From positions 32,001 to 96,000 of the IMG/VR virus record IMGVR_UViG_3300028591_000121: 64,000 nucleotides of DNA, one strand, 5' to 3'. The notes under the pieces are model-generated. The model was not told where the DNA came from. It searched no databases and worked only from the letters and a program-made list of their open reading frames with translations. The first letter of the stretch is position 1, and every line of letters starts with the position of its first letter. Below are positions 10,734-23,110 of the stretch, piece by piece. This DNA comes from a virus. Taxonomy: Duplodnaviria; Caudoviricetes. The position numbers were made by a program, and so were the translations under genes.

Positions 10734-11621
10734 ATGAGTATTGATGTTTATGCAATGGTAACTGATCGCATTCTTTCCGCAATGGATAAGGGAATTATCC
10801 CGTGGAAGAAGCCTTGGAAGGGTGGAGATGCACGTTTCGCAATCTCCCATGTGACTGGAAAGAGATATAGCCTTCTGAACCAGTTATACCTAGGACTCAG
10901 ACCCGGAGAATACCTTACCTTCAAGCAGATTCAGAAGGAAAAGGGACGGGTTCGCAAGGGTGAGAAATCCAGCATCGTGGTTTACTGGAACTTCATTAAG
11001 GCAACCCAGACCGACAAGGAAACGGGCGAGGAAATCGTTAAGATGATCCCGATGCTGAAGTACTACAACGTTTTCCATGTCGATCAGTGCGAAGGTATTA
11101 AGCCTAGATTCACAGGAAGTCAGGAAACTATGAGTGTGGCTGAACTGAATGCGGAAGCTGACGAGATTATCGAAGATTATGTCAAGCGTTCCGGCGTAAC
11201 CTTCGAACAGAAGCTGTCTATGGAAGCCTACTACAATCGTGTACAGGACAAGGTTGTAGTTCCTGAGATCGGGCAGTTTTCTGAGACTGCTGAGTATTAC
11301 AGCACTGCTTTCCATGAGTTGACCCATTCGACGGGACATAAATCCAGACTGGATCGACTGGATGAGAACTCCAGATTCGGAAACGAAGTCTACTCCAAAG
11401 AAGAACTGGTTGCGGAGCTTGGAGCTTCTGCTCTGGTTAATTTCTGCGGACTGGAAACGGAAAGCAGTTTCCGCAATAACGCCGCCTACATTCAGGGGTG
11501 GAGCAAGGCACTTCAGGAAGACAAGAAAATGATCGTCTGGGCTGCAGGAAAGGCGGACAAAGCTGTCCGTCTTATTCTTGGTGACCGTGCAGAAGAAGAC
11601 GAGAAAGGGGGTGATAAGTAA
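10734..11621 (+). CDS. ardC: ArdC-family antirestriction protein (ssDNA-binding plus zincin domain)
   Basis: IPWKKPW, YSLLN, TFKQI, VRKGEK, YNVFHVDQ, FHELTHSTGH, YSKEELVAELG, YIQGW. Confidence 0.92.
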   Translation: MSIDVYAMVTDRILSAMDKGIIPWKKPWKGGDARFAISHVTGKRYSLLNQLYLGLRPGEYLTFKQIQKEKGRVRKGEKSSIVVYWNFIKATQTDKETGEEIVKMIPMLKYYNVFHVDQCEGIKPRFTGSQETMSVAELNAEADEIIEDYVKRSGVTFEQKLSMEAYYNRVQDKVVVPEIGQFSETAEYYSTAFHELTHSTGHKSRLDRLDENSRFGNEVYSKEELVAELGASALVNFCGLETESSFRNNAAYIQGWSKALQEDKKMIVWAAGKADKAVRLILGDRAEEDEKGGDK

Positions 11622-11936
11622 TGACGCAGGATTGCATTATTGAACGGGATGCGAAGTTGAAAGAAATCGCCGCCGATGTAACCGCAATGATCAAGAAATA
11701 TGGGAGACGGAAGGATGTTCACGTCTCTTATTTTCATGGGACGGAAGAAGATGTTGCAAAGTTTTCTGAATGGGATCGCAGAAGACTTTTCATCTGGCAG
11801 GACAGAGAAATCTTTCTTGTATACGAGGACAGCGGACATCTTTTGTACTCCGTTCACGTCGATGGCGATTCATACCTGACGGCACTTGATGAACTTGTTC
11901 GTCTGGTGTCTGCAAAATTCTGAAAGGAGAATAGTT

Positions 11937-12338
11937 ATGGAGAACAAAGACATTATGAATCTCCTCCATGCCAAGTACGGAATCTATATCCGTGGCGCAC
12001 ATATCGTGGAGATGATTATGAACGGGAGCAAGGTTATCGAAACCCGTACCCACGACAAACTCAAGAGATTTGTAGGGCAGTGGGTCGGAATTATTCATAC
12101 CGGCAGTGGAAAGCCAAAGCTCGTCGGATATGTGTTCATCCGTAGCCAGTATGAGTTCATAAGCGAAGAAAACTTCAGAGCGTATGAATTCTGCCACAGG
12201 ATTCCGAAAGGCAGCAAATACGACTGGAAGGATGGCAAAAAGAAATATGGATACCTATTAGGGGAGATCGTTAAACTCGACTCCCCTATTGAATTGGAAT
12301 CCGTCAAAGGAAATCGGATGTGGAGGGAATTGGAATGA
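11937..12338 (+). CDS. ASCH-domain protein
   Basis: IMNGSKVIETRT (GxKxxExR motif). Confidence 0.8.
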   Translation: MENKDIMNLLHAKYGIYIRGAHIVEMIMNGSKVIETRTHDKLKRFVGQWVGIIHTGSGKPKLVGYVFIRSQYEFISEENFRAYEFCHRIPKGSKYDWKDGKKKYGYLLGEIVKLDSPIELESVKGNRMWRELE

Positions 12339-15300
12339 CTGTTAAACAGCTGAAAAATGGCGAGTTCTTCACTCTGAAGCCCATCGCCGAACCCAAAGAG
12401 AACCAGGTCTTCATTCGTGGAGAATATGACCGCACAGAAAAGAAATATGAGTGCGGAAAATTCTCTGACATCAGCTACTCTCGCCTGTTAAAGGGTAATA
12501 CCGAAGTCTATACGGACTTTGTGTTCTAAGAAAGGAGAATAAATATGATCGAGATCGGAAAGAAATATCGTTTCCGCTATAACGGAGACGAGATCGACAC
12601 TGACACCCATGAACTACTGATTAAGGAGAACGGAAATTTCTGCACTCCGTATAGTTGGAACTCAACGCACGAATATCTTCTTGCGGTATTCGATGGGACA
12701 AACAATGACCTCTGCGTCCGTGAAGAAGAGCTTGAGGAGATTAAGGAAGGAGACAAGACTATGAGTAAGATTATTTTTAAGGAAGTTCCTGCTGTCCAGA
12801 TGGAAACTGATTGGTTCTTCGAAGACCAGGGTTTTTCCGGCGAAGAAAATGAGAAGGCTGAACTGTTTATTCTGCTTAATAACTGGCGTGGAGATTGGTA
12901 CGGATTCAATGCGGACGATTTCACAAAGATCGCTCGTGAAAACGACTTGGATCTGGATGACAAGGACATTATTGAGAAGGTCATCGCTGCGTTGAAGACC
13001 AAAACTGGAGCGAAGTGGAATTCTACGAGAGCCTATGGCTATTGTCAGGGCGAGATCGCTACAGTTATTGCCTGTGAGGACGTTTATACGGAAGACGAGG
13101 CAAGATCTTATGCGGAGATTTATCTCGGAGCTTGCAAGGAATTCCGTACTGAGGATGAATGCGGTTTTTATGTTGCGGATTGTCAGGTAACAAAGACTGA
13201 GGATTATAAAACAGTTCTTGCGGACATGGCTGGCTATGACGTTGAGGATGTAGAAGTCCAGATGATCTCCGGCGAAAAGACAGTAACCATCTACAGCTAC
13301 GAGACGATTTAAGGAGCGTGAAGACAATGAGTAACAGGATTTACTTCGTCGAGTTCGACACAAAAGAATGTCGCACTATCTATAACCATGTCTTCCATTG
13401 TATAGCTTCGAATGCGAAGGAAGCAAGAGAAAAAGCAAGAGAAGCATGGTACACAAACGGCGAGACCTGTCATATGTTTCACGTCTATGCTAAGAAATCT
13501 CTTATCAGCAATCCTGAGTATCTTAGGGTACGCAACTGCATGGGACAGGAGATCAAAGGAGCAAATGTGCTTGACCGCTTTATTCTCTACGATCTGAAGC
13601 CGTGGGACGGATTCCGTACACATAAGAAAGGAGAATGGACATGACAAGAGCGTATCAAGTTGTCTATCGGCTGTCCAAGAAGTACGGTTGCAAGTCTAAC
13701 TGGATCTGGGAACTCGTTGAGGAGAATTTCAATATGCGGAAAGGTCAGGGAGCTTTACTTGACCCAGCAGAAGTAATCAAGTTGGAAGAAATTATTGAGG
13801 AGTTGATCGTAGGATGAAGAAGCGTTACGGATGTCAGGAGACTGCATTGCATCTGTCCCCGGAAGCCCAGAAGATTTACAACGATACAGATCCTCTCAAT
13901 ATTTTCGAGAATGAGAACGGATTATACACCCTTACAGGAGCTATTGAAGCAGAAAATCTTACGGAAGGAGAAGTAAATGATGCTCTTATTAGTCTTGCTT
14001 GCGAGTGCTGGAGTTGATAATCTGGTCTCATTGTTCCGTCGGATGCCGAACTTCAAAATGATCTACCTATAAGACGAGAAGCGAACTGATCGCTTCCCGT
14101 TTTAAATTCCGCACAAACAAAAAGGAGAATGAATATGAACAATGTTATTTTTATCGAAAACACTATGCCTGACGGAACTCCCCTGACTCTTGAATCCTGC
14201 TCTGAATACAACCATGTCACGATTGAACCCAAGAAGAATGCCAAGACCTTCCCGATGACATTCAGTTTTCAGACAAGAGATGAAGCAGAAAAGTGCTTCT
14301 GCGAACTGATGAAAGGTACGGCACAGCCTTGGCAGTATCAGCCTCATCTGAGCAAGAGAGGAAAGACGATTATGAAGCAGTACAACGACACAGTCCAGTC
14401 CGATTTCACCGACGAACAGTGCAAACGGATTGATCAGGTTTATGACAAGGCAACAGAACTGTTCCTGTTCCTGACTGATGGGAGATTCAATGTGGAAGAT
14501 ACTCCCGTACTTGGAGAGCTTACAGAAACGATTGCGGAAACCCTGACTAAGGCAGGATATGCAGTCCACTTCCCTACTTGCATCGAAGAAGATGGGACGA
14601 CGAGGATTGTAGATATCTATGAGTAAGAAAGGAGAGATTGATATGGCAAACCCGAATGAAATGAAGACCCGTAAGGTTCTGGACATGTGTGAGCACGGCT
14701 TTTGGATCGTTGTGATCAAGAATTACAGCGATCTTGAGAATCCGTACTGGATTTACAGGAAGACATGGGGAAGCAAGCGTCTCCTCGTGAAGGTATCGGA
14801 TATGTGTCAGGTGACACACTTTCTTGACCGCACTTACATCTACGGAATGGATCAAGTCCCGCTTGAAGAGTACATCGAGTGGGCAAAGAGGAAAGACTGG
14901 AGATTCATCTGATCGGTTTGCTGTCCTATCGGCGTGACGGGGAGAAAGGATTCTATTCTGAGTGAGTATTCCAGCCGGATTATTTCCTGTATGGAAGAAC
15001 TTGTAGGAATAGCAAATGAAATGGAAGCGAAATCCTATGTCGAGGAAGCTGAGAAGCTTCGTGATCTCGCCGGAAGAGCAGAGAACCTAGCTCTTGACCT
15101 GACTTACAAAGCAATTTTTGAAAAGGAGAATTGATTATGAGGTTTATCGTTACGGAAATGGATATCTATCGCCACAATCCCGAAGTCGGTCAGCTTTTTA
15201 CTCTGGTTCGTCATGAGGATATCAGGACAGGCCATAGTTACTATCGTCTCGGCGGATCTCCTGAAGGAATAGGCGGAAATATGGATAGCTCAGTCAAACG

Positions 15301-17387
15301 CTATCATGGTTGGCGTGGTACAACAAACAATATCTCCGTCGAAGCATGTGGATTGAGAAGAATTGAGAAGATTCAGTGCTGCAAGAACGGGAATGCATGG
15401 ATTACTGTGTCCGACGATCTGAAGCCGGACGAAGATTGAAAGGAGAATGAGTATGAAGAAGCAGTTTGTTGGTCTGAAGAAAGGTTTCCTTCTGATCGAA
15501 GAGAGCCAGGACTCGAATTACCCCGGAGTTTATATAAGTTATGTGGAGAACGTTGAAGATGTTGGACAGACTCTCTGCCTGATTGAGGATGACACGAACT
15601 CCAAGACTAATGAAGCAGTTGCAATCCATATCTGGGGCGATTGCAGCGTTGATAACCCGACGGAAACCACGACGATCCGCAAGGCGAACTGGAATAATCT
15701 GTGCGAGTAAGGAGAATGGTTATGAAGAAGACTGAAGCAATTAATAAGTTTCGTACTGAGATCGAAGCAACAATGGTTGAGTCCTTCCGTTCCGTACTTG
15801 AATCCGAAGGAAGGATTCAGTACCAGATTTATATCTGGGAAGACGGACAAATTGAGAGATTGGAAGGGACTTACGGTGATCGTTCCTATCTCAGACCAAG
15901 AGACGATGAAGAACGTCAGTTGTTTTATATCTGTCGGGTTGATTGGGGCTATATGGGTGGAGCAGAAATTACTGACATTGATGAGATGGTTGAGGACTAC
16001 GAGAGCGATGTAGAAGAAATCCTCGACTATGTATATCTCGAAGCAGTCGACGAAGAGAGGTGGGACTGGTGAAGCTGTTGGTCTTTGCTTTGATGTACCT
16101 GTGTGTATCTGTGTTGGCTGAGATTGTAGAAAAGATGAGGAGAATTTAACTATGAAGAAGCTTTCTATCCCGGAATTCGCTAAAGTTCTGACTGAGAACC
16201 CTGAAAAGGAATTGTATATTGCTGCAAATTATGACGAAGAGATCGGGGCTTTTACCTCAGACTGTTGTGACACTTGGTTCGCCTTCGAAATTACATCTAT
16301 CGGTGACTGCCCTGTTCTTCTTGCGAACTACTGCGGTTCAACTGAGCCGTATGACATTGCTTCCTATCCTATCGCCGGATACTACGACAATCTGACTGGC
16401 GAAACTAATGATCTGGAACACGCCATTTCAAAATACATGCAGAAGATTGACGAGTTGCACTATTGCAACATGGACAACGTTGTCTACTTCGATGACGAAG
16501 CTGTCGAAATTTGAGAGGAGAAAACATTATGAAGATTATTTTTACGGCACTCAATCCCAAGGACGAGAACCAGGAATTCTACTTCGACAACGTTATCGGC
16601 ATGGAGAAAGTTACGGACTCCGCAAAGACTCCTTTCCTGCTTGTCAAGACTTCGGAATATCCGACCGTCGAAGTCAACCTGAAGAAGTATGACTTCAAGT
16701 TGGAGATTGAGTGATCTCACATCTGAGTACAGAAAATTGAGTACGATTTGCTACTGGGGAGACGAAGCTGAAGAAGTTTACGTCTCCCCTATTTCAGCTT
16801 AGAACTTCTGTTAATTCTCTACTGAGTACAGAAAGGAAAATTGTTATGAAAAAGTATTACAAGGATTTTTATGGGTGCATTGCCTCAATCAAATCGAATC
16901 GAGACGGGACTTACTTTTACCGGGTATGTAACGTATGGGGTAAGTTGGTGTGCAAAGGGCAGACCCGTACAGAACGTGGAGCTAAGATAGCCATCGGCCA
17001 GGTCACTGACGGCAGATGGAAAGAAGTAAGGTAACTATCTAGTCGGGAAATTTTTGTGCAACTTCCCAGCTGCGAAGATTGGCAGAACATGGTATAGTGT
17101 GTCTGAGGACATGAGATGAAAGGAGAACTCAACTATGACTAAAGGACAGAAGGCACAGATCAGGAGATGCTTTGAGAAGATTGAAGCAGAACTGGACAAG
17201 CTCCAAGCTATCGCTGACGAGTTGGAAGACAAGTATAGTGATATCCCGTTTGAGAAGTTGGACTCTGATAAAGCGAATCAATTGTTCCAAGAAATGACTG
17301 ACCTAGAACAAGCAATTAATGATACGAGCTTTGGAGTGAACGGTTGGACTCTTCAATATGGTGATTGATAAGGAACGTTTCGTAAGA

Positions 17388-17420
17388 GAGAAGACTCATC
17401 GTCGGGTCTTCTTTTCTTTT
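17388..17420 (+). terminator. Probable intrinsic terminator
   Basis: AGAAGACTC...GGGTCTTCT followed by a T-rich tract. Confidence 0.6.
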
Positions 17421-17695
17421 AATAAACGGATATAGGAGATATGATATATGTGTCGTAACATTTGGTCTCAGCTTCCGAGGAGCAAGAAGATGGTCTATGT
17501 ATGCAAGGGTGCTGTCTCTCATGCAGCCGTCATTATTGACAGCCAGAGAGTGGTACAGATCCCGTATCGTGATAACGGGAAAGGTGTACTGGTTGTACTA
17601 TCTGGCAGAATATCTTACCGTGACGCACAACGACTTGATAGAGCGAACAAGATTGTTTGGTTGAACCTAGACTTCGTAAGAAAATTTTCAGAAGA

Positions 17696-17729
17696 GGTTA
17701 ATATCCGCTGAAAAAGGGAGCGTTATATA
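17696..17729 (+). promoter_or_regulatory. Phage-specific promoter motif, copy 2
   Basis: GGTTAA-tatccgctgaaaaagggag-CGTTATATA. Confidence 0.7.
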
Positions 17730-18044
17730 AGTAGACGCACTTCACAAACGGGAGGAGAAGTAGATGAGAAAAATTCAGAACCTTGCAGTCGTGCGTGGGA
17801 GTAACGCAGAAAAGCACATGGTGGTTTCCACCGAATACGGAACGAGTTTCAGTGTTTCCGTATACACAGAGAAAGATTATACGGAAATCGGTGAAACGGC
17901 AACCCCAGCTGAATGGTACAGGGTAAACAATCGTGATGAATTGGATGCGACTTACGCATATCTCTGCACCAAGTATGGAGTTGTTATCTCCAGCACTGTC
18001 TGTATGACGGACTGTGACAACTAAGAAAGGATGAGAGAGAAAAG

Positions 18045-19382
18045 ATGTCCGACTATTGTGGTTACATTACAAGAATCAAAGGATTGACTCCTCTCCCAAA
18101 TTCGGATCGTCTTCTGATCGGACGCTGTTTCGATGACAACGTTATCGTGGATAACTCCTACAATGAGGGAGAACTGGTCGTCTACTTTATGGCCGGCACT
18201 CAGATCGGTGAAGAGTTTGCCGAGAAGAACAACCTGATCCGCAAAGTCGATGCGGAAGGTAAGAATGTTGGCGGTTACCTTGAGAAGTCTAGGGCGGTCA
18301 AAGCAATCAATATCAGAAAAAGCAAGTCCGACGGGCTTGCGCTCAAGCTTGAGAGTCTGGAAGGCTTCACTGATGTCTCCTCTCTGAAGGAAGGAGATCG
18401 GATTGAGGTTCTGAATGGGATCGTAATCGCTCAGAAGTATCTTCCCAAGATCACAGCGACCTCTGGAAAGAGTAACGGCAAAGAGAGTGCAGTGCCCAGG
18501 ATCAATTGTCCTCAGTTCGCTGAACATATTGACACGGCTCATCTCGACAAGTCTCTCTCTGCTTTCCGTCCCGGAGATACCGTCCAGATCACGGTTAAAC
18601 TGGATGGGACTTCGCATCGTACAGGCTACTTCCCCGTCACTCATGTTGCCAAGAGGAACTGGCTGCAGAAACTGCTCCATCTGAATGCCAAAACAACTAC
18701 GGACTGGGAAATTGTGAACGGAACACGACGTGTTGTTCTGAACTCGCCCGACGGTGGGTTCTATGGGAGCAACGAGTTCCGCTTTGCAATGGCGGACAAG
18801 TTAAAGGGCAAGCTCTACAAGGGCGAGGAAGTCTTCTACGAGATCGTCGGTTATGTTGGGAAAAACGGACATCCAATTCGTCCAACCGTTGACAACAAGA
18901 AACTGAACGACAAGGACTTTGTAAAACAGTATGGTGGCGTGTCCGAGTTTTCCTACGGGTGCAAGCAGGAGAACGGATACACTGATGATCCGCCTTGCTG
19001 CGAGATGTACGTCTATCGTATTACTCTGACTACGGAAGACGGACATGTGATGGAGTACAGCCCTGATCAGATCAAGGCACGGTGTGAAGACATGGGTGTC
19101 AAGTACGTGCCTGAGTGTGAGACCTTCCGTATTCCTGAAGACTGCGCTGATCCTGGCGAGTACGTAATGGAGAAAGCCAAGCAGTATTACGATGGGCCAG
19201 ATCCCATCGGTAAGACTCATGTCCGGGAAGGTGTGGTGCTCCGCATTGTGAACCGCAGAAGCTTTGCGGCTTACAAGTACAAGAACCACTCCTATAAGGT
19301 GCTTGCTGGAATCGCAGTTGATCAGCTTGTTGCTTCCGGCGAGATCAATGGTTTGTCTGCTGATACGATTGAGGAACTGTGA
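18045..19382 (+). CDS. ATP-dependent RNA ligase (Rnl2/DRB0094-like) with N-terminal tRNA-binding OB-like domain
   Basis: TVKLDGTS (KxDG motif I), FYEIVG, REGVVL, YKYKN; N-terminal PLPNSDRL...KSDGL. Confidence 0.85.
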   Translation: MSDYCGYITRIKGLTPLPNSDRLLIGRCFDDNVIVDNSYNEGELVVYFMAGTQIGEEFAEKNNLIRKVDAEGKNVGGYLEKSRAVKAINIRKSKSDGLALKLESLEGFTDVSSLKEGDRIEVLNGIVIAQKYLPKITATSGKSNGKESAVPRINCPQFAEHIDTAHLDKSLSAFRPGDTVQITVKLDGTSHRTGYFPVTHVAKRNWLQKLLHLNAKTTTDWEIVNGTRRVVLNSPDGGFYGSNEFRFAMADKLKGKLYKGEEVFYEIVGYVGKNGHPIRPTVDNKKLNDKDFVKQYGGVSEFSYGCKQENGYTDDPPCCEMYVYRITLTTEDGHVMEYSPDQIKARCEDMGVKYVPECETFRIPEDCADPGEYVMEKAKQYYDGPDPIGKTHVREGVVLRIVNRRSFAAYKYKNHSYKVLAGIAVDQLVASGEINGLSADTIEEL

Positions 19383-19939
19383 TATGAGGTATACGAGATA
19401 TGAAAATGGCTTCTGGCGTTAGCGTCAAATCATTCATCCGCAAGACAAATAAAGACATTTGCATTGCCTATTGCCGGAATTGCAACTGTCTGAGGACTTT
19501 GCAACGGCGTAGGGTATTATGGAAGACCTTCAATGTCTGCCCCTACTGTTACTCCACTTTTATTCTGCCAACTCTTCACTCTTAATTCAACTATTAGTTG
19601 AACTGGATGCAGCAAAATTTTATGCATTTTTGGCCTTCACAAGGGTAGCCCGGTATGTTAAGCTATCCTTGTTCCAAGATAATATAAGAAAGGAACGAGC
19701 TTATGAACGATATGTTTCAGACCACGAACCGCTACCTTGAACAGTTCCTCTTCGCTGTAGGAATCAAGGCAGTGAAGACTTCCAAGACGGAAGATTTTAT
19801 GACTTGCTGGTACTATCTGCGGACTCCTCGTCTGGAGAAAGCGGTCACCGCTTATGGCGAGATTGTCAGCACTCCTCATACTGCCGCCTAAACCAGTATT
19901 TTCCCTCTCACAAGCACGATTCACAAAGGAGAATGAGAT

Positions 19940-20890
19940 ATGAGCGATACTTCTAGAACTTATGGCGTTGGCGGTGCTCCGCATTATACGATGGTTGATT
20001 TCTATTGCCAGTCTCGCAAGCGCAAGGTCAATGAGAATACGATTAACCTTCAGCGCACTCGTCTCAACACTGTACTGAACGAATGGGAACAGAAATACAA
20101 CGTGATCATCCTGGAAAATCAGATCATTGGGCTGAACGGAATCATTGTTCAGCGGTGGTGCAATGACTGGAGCGAGACGAAAGCACCGTCGACAATGAAT
20201 AACTATATTTCTTTCCTTAACAACTTCCTCTACTGGGCTTTCAAGATTGGATTTGTACAAGAAGATTACTCAGGAATCCTTAATTCTCAGAAGCTCATTG
20301 ACCCGGAAACTCTTCCAGAAGACGAACGTCCTGTAGAAAAGTTCTATACGCATGAAGAAGTTGAAGCTCTGATTAAAGAGATCGAAAAGAGTCAGGACAG
20401 GAACTGGTTGAGAGACCGTGCAATGATCACACTGATTCTTTTCAGCGGACTCCGCAGAGAAGAGATTGCAAAGCTGACAATTAAACAGGTTCTCAACTAC
20501 GGAAAAGGATATGTTTACTGTCAGCGTAAAGGTGGAGCTTGGAGAATGGCTGAAGTTTCAGAAGAATGGTACAAGTATTTGCAACCTTACCTCGACAGCC
20601 GTGAAGATACTTATGATGACTCCCCTCTCTTCACCACTGAAGGCGGAACAGCCATTACAAAGAAGGGAATCTATAACACAATCCGCAAATATCAGGACAG
20701 GCTTGGACTTGTAAGAGGTTCTCACGTACTTCGCCATGTATTCATCTCCGAGGTTGAGAAGAACGGTGGGATTGCAGTCGCAAGAGACTGTGCAAATCAC
20801 AAACACATCCGTATTACTGACAGATATGATCACACGACAGCAGACCAGAGGAAAGTTGCAGTAAACGGGATCAATTACTTCGGTAAGTAA
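19940..20890 (+). CDS. Tyrosine recombinase (XerC/D-like)
   Basis: RDRAMITLILFSGLRREE, HVLRH, NH...TDRYDH catalytic set. Confidence 0.9.
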   Translation: MSDTSRTYGVGGAPHYTMVDFYCQSRKRKVNENTINLQRTRLNTVLNEWEQKYNVIILENQIIGLNGIIVQRWCNDWSETKAPSTMNNYISFLNNFLYWAFKIGFVQEDYSGILNSQKLIDPETLPEDERPVEKFYTHEEVEALIKEIEKSQDRNWLRDRAMITLILFSGLRREEIAKLTIKQVLNYGKGYVYCQRKGGAWRMAEVSEEWYKYLQPYLDSREDTYDDSPLFTTEGGTAITKKGIYNTIRKYQDRLGLVRGSHVLRHVFISEVEKNGGIAVARDCANHKHIRITDRYDHTTADQRKVAVNGINYFGK

Positions 20891-21117
20891 GCCTTGTTTG
20901 CCCCATCTTCCGGGACAGACTTAGACATACTGCTTACAACTACACACAAGCACAAACAACAAACACACAACGATTCACGATTAACAATTCACAAAACACA
21001 GCCACTGCGTGTTGGCGGGGCTGATGTTTAAAAGAATAAGTTAGCTGAAATTTGTTGATGTGTTTTTGTTTGTGCATTTTTTATGCCCAAGTGACCCAAG
21101 AAAGGATGAACAAATAT

Positions 21118-22116
21118 ATGGAAATGAAAAAAGCCCGGCGAGTACAAGCCAAGATCAAGCTTGCTATCGCAGGAATTTCTGGCAGTGGCAAGACGATGAG
21201 CGCACTGCTTATGGCTTACGGAATGGTGAAGGAATCTCATCCTGGCATTTCTGACAGTGAAGCATGGGAAAAGATCTGCCTGATCGATACCGAGAACGGC
21301 TCCGGCTCACTGTATTCGAAAGCCAAAGTCAAAGGAACAACAACAACGATTGGTGAGTACTACACCATCGACATTGAACCGCCCTTCACTGTTGACAAGT
21401 ACATCGAGTCAATCAAGACCGCAGAAGAAAACGGTATTGAGGTGCTGATTATTGACTCCGTATCCCATGCGTGGGCTGGCGAGGGTGGTGCTCTCGACAA
21501 ACAGGCTGCAATCGCTGCCAACTCTCCGTCAGGCAACTCCTACACTGCTTGGAGACAGCCGAAGAAGGATCAGAGTCAGCTGATGAACACGATTCTCCAG
21601 TGCAAGATGCACGTTATCTCCTGCATCCGTGCAAAGACTGAATATGTGCAGGACAAGGATGACAAGGGCAAGACCCGTGTTCGTAAGGTTGGTCTTGGGC
21701 TGATTACCCAGGGTGAAACCGACTACGAATACACCACAGTCTTCATGCTGAATCAGGAACACGTTGCTTCCAGTACTAAGGACAGGACTGGACGTTTCGA
21801 CGGGCAGTACTTTGTCATTACCCCTGACACGGGGCGTGAAGTGATTCGCTGGCTCGACGATGCTCCTGTCGAAGAGCCGAAGCCTGAGATTACGAAGACT
21901 GAGACCCCTGTTGAGACTGCTCCGGCTGATCCCGCAAGAATTGAAGCGGCTAAGAAGTCCATTAGCGATGTTGTTTCCAATCTCATGGAAGCAGGAAAGA
22001 CCAGAAGTGAAATTGCTGCGGTAACCAAGCAGTACTGCGGTGTAGCCAACTACCTCAAGGTAGACGATATCGAAAAACTGAAGGCCACGTACCTTGCGCT
22101 GGCCGCTATGGAATAA
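21118..22116 (+). CDS. Sak4-like AAA ATPase (ssDNA annealing)
   Basis: GISGSGKT Walker A, IDTENGS, LIIDSVSHAW; adjacent to SSB. Confidence 0.85.
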   Translation: MEMKKARRVQAKIKLAIAGISGSGKTMSALLMAYGMVKESHPGISDSEAWEKICLIDTENGSGSLYSKAKVKGTTTTIGEYYTIDIEPPFTVDKYIESIKTAEENGIEVLIIDSVSHAWAGEGGALDKQAAIAANSPSGNSYTAWRQPKKDQSQLMNTILQCKMHVISCIRAKTEYVQDKDDKGKTRVRKVGLGLITQGETDYEYTTVFMLNQEHVASSTKDRTGRFDGQYFVITPDTGREVIRWLDDAPVEEPKPEITKTETPVETAPADPARIEAAKKSISDVVSNLMEAGKTRSEIAAVTKQYCGVANYLKVDDIEKLKATYLALAAME

Positions 22117-22128
22117 GGAGAGATTTAT

Positions 22129-22539
22129 ATGGCAGTAAACAAGATTACAACCGTGGGTCGGCTCGTTGCAGACCCTGAAGCACGGCAGGCAGGAAGCTAT
22201 CCGATTGCGGAGATTCGTATTGCGAGTCCTACCGCAACAAAGCAGCGCAACTCTGAGGAGTATATCACCAATTTCTACCGTGTGACGATCTGGAACAAGA
22301 ACCGCTGTGAATACGTACTGAAGAACCTGAAACAGGGCGATATGGTGTGTGTCAGCGGTGACCTGACGATCAATATGTACAAGAAGACCGATGGAACGAC
22401 CGCAACTTCGATTGACATCACTGCAACCGATGTTGAACTGATGCGGCGTAAGGGTGACGGCAGTTCCTCTGCTCCTGCTGCAACTCCTGCTCCTACAAAG
22501 AGACCAGAGATTGCTATGGAAGACGATCTCCCCTTCTAA
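22129..22539 (+). CDS. ssb: Single-stranded DNA-binding protein
   Basis: NKITTVGRLVADPE; C-terminal DDLPF. Confidence 0.95.
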   Translation: MAVNKITTVGRLVADPEARQAGSYPIAEIRIASPTATKQRNSEEYITNFYRVTIWNKNRCEYVLKNLKQGDMVCVSGDLTINMYKKTDGTTATSIDITATDVELMRRKGDGSSSAPAATPAPTKRPEIAMEDDLPF

Positions 22540-22564
22540 TCCAAAAAACTAGGAGTACAAAGCG

Positions 22565-23110
22565 ATGACGAACGACGAACTCTTTGCAGAATGGCATCCG
22601 ATTATTCGTAGTTGTCTGAAGAGTTACATTGCGACGCATAAAGCTCTGTCAGCTTCCTATGAAGATCTGTATCAGGAATGTTTCGCCTATTTCCTTAGAC
22701 TTAGGCGGAACAACCCTGACTTTCATCCAGGATATCTCACTGTCAGGGATGTTATCAGGGAACACTTCATGACTACCAAAATGTTTACAGTACATAGGAT
22801 AGATAAGATCTGTACTGCGACAGTTGGTAAGAAAATTGATGAAATATGCGACCGTAGTCAGGATATTTCAGAGTTTGTCAATATCGAAGACAAGTCTTTG
22901 TCAAATACTTATAACGACGTTGACACTATGGTTGACTGGAATCACTTCTGTGAAATTCAGGGAGAGATTGATTCAAAAATTCTCTTTATGAAGGCTAAAG
23001 GGATGACAAATGTAAGTATTGCGAAAGAATTGGGGATCAGTTCTCCGGCTGTCCTCAAAAGACTCCGCAAACTGAGTGTTAAATACCATGAATGGCTTGA
23101 AGCCAGTTAA
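22565..23110 (+). CDS. Phage sigma-70-like factor
   Basis: YEDLYQE (region 2) and GMTNVSIAKELGISSPAVLKRL (region 4 HTH). Confidence 0.7.
   Translation: MTNDELFAEWHPIIRSCLKSYIATHKALSASYEDLYQECFAYFLRLRRNNPDFHPGYLTVRDVIREHFMTTKMFTVHRIDKICTATVGKKIDEICDRSQDISEFVNIEDKSLSNTYNDVDTMVDWNHFCEIQGEIDSKILFMKAKGMTNVSIAKELGISSPAVLKRLRKLSVKYHEWLEAS

Larger units (their letters stand above)
12336..18024 (+). other. Array of about 20 small hypothetical genes
   Basis: Co-oriented ORFs of 60-255 aa with SD sites and overlapping stops/starts; no family recognised; no in-frame TAG seen. Confidence 0.7.
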
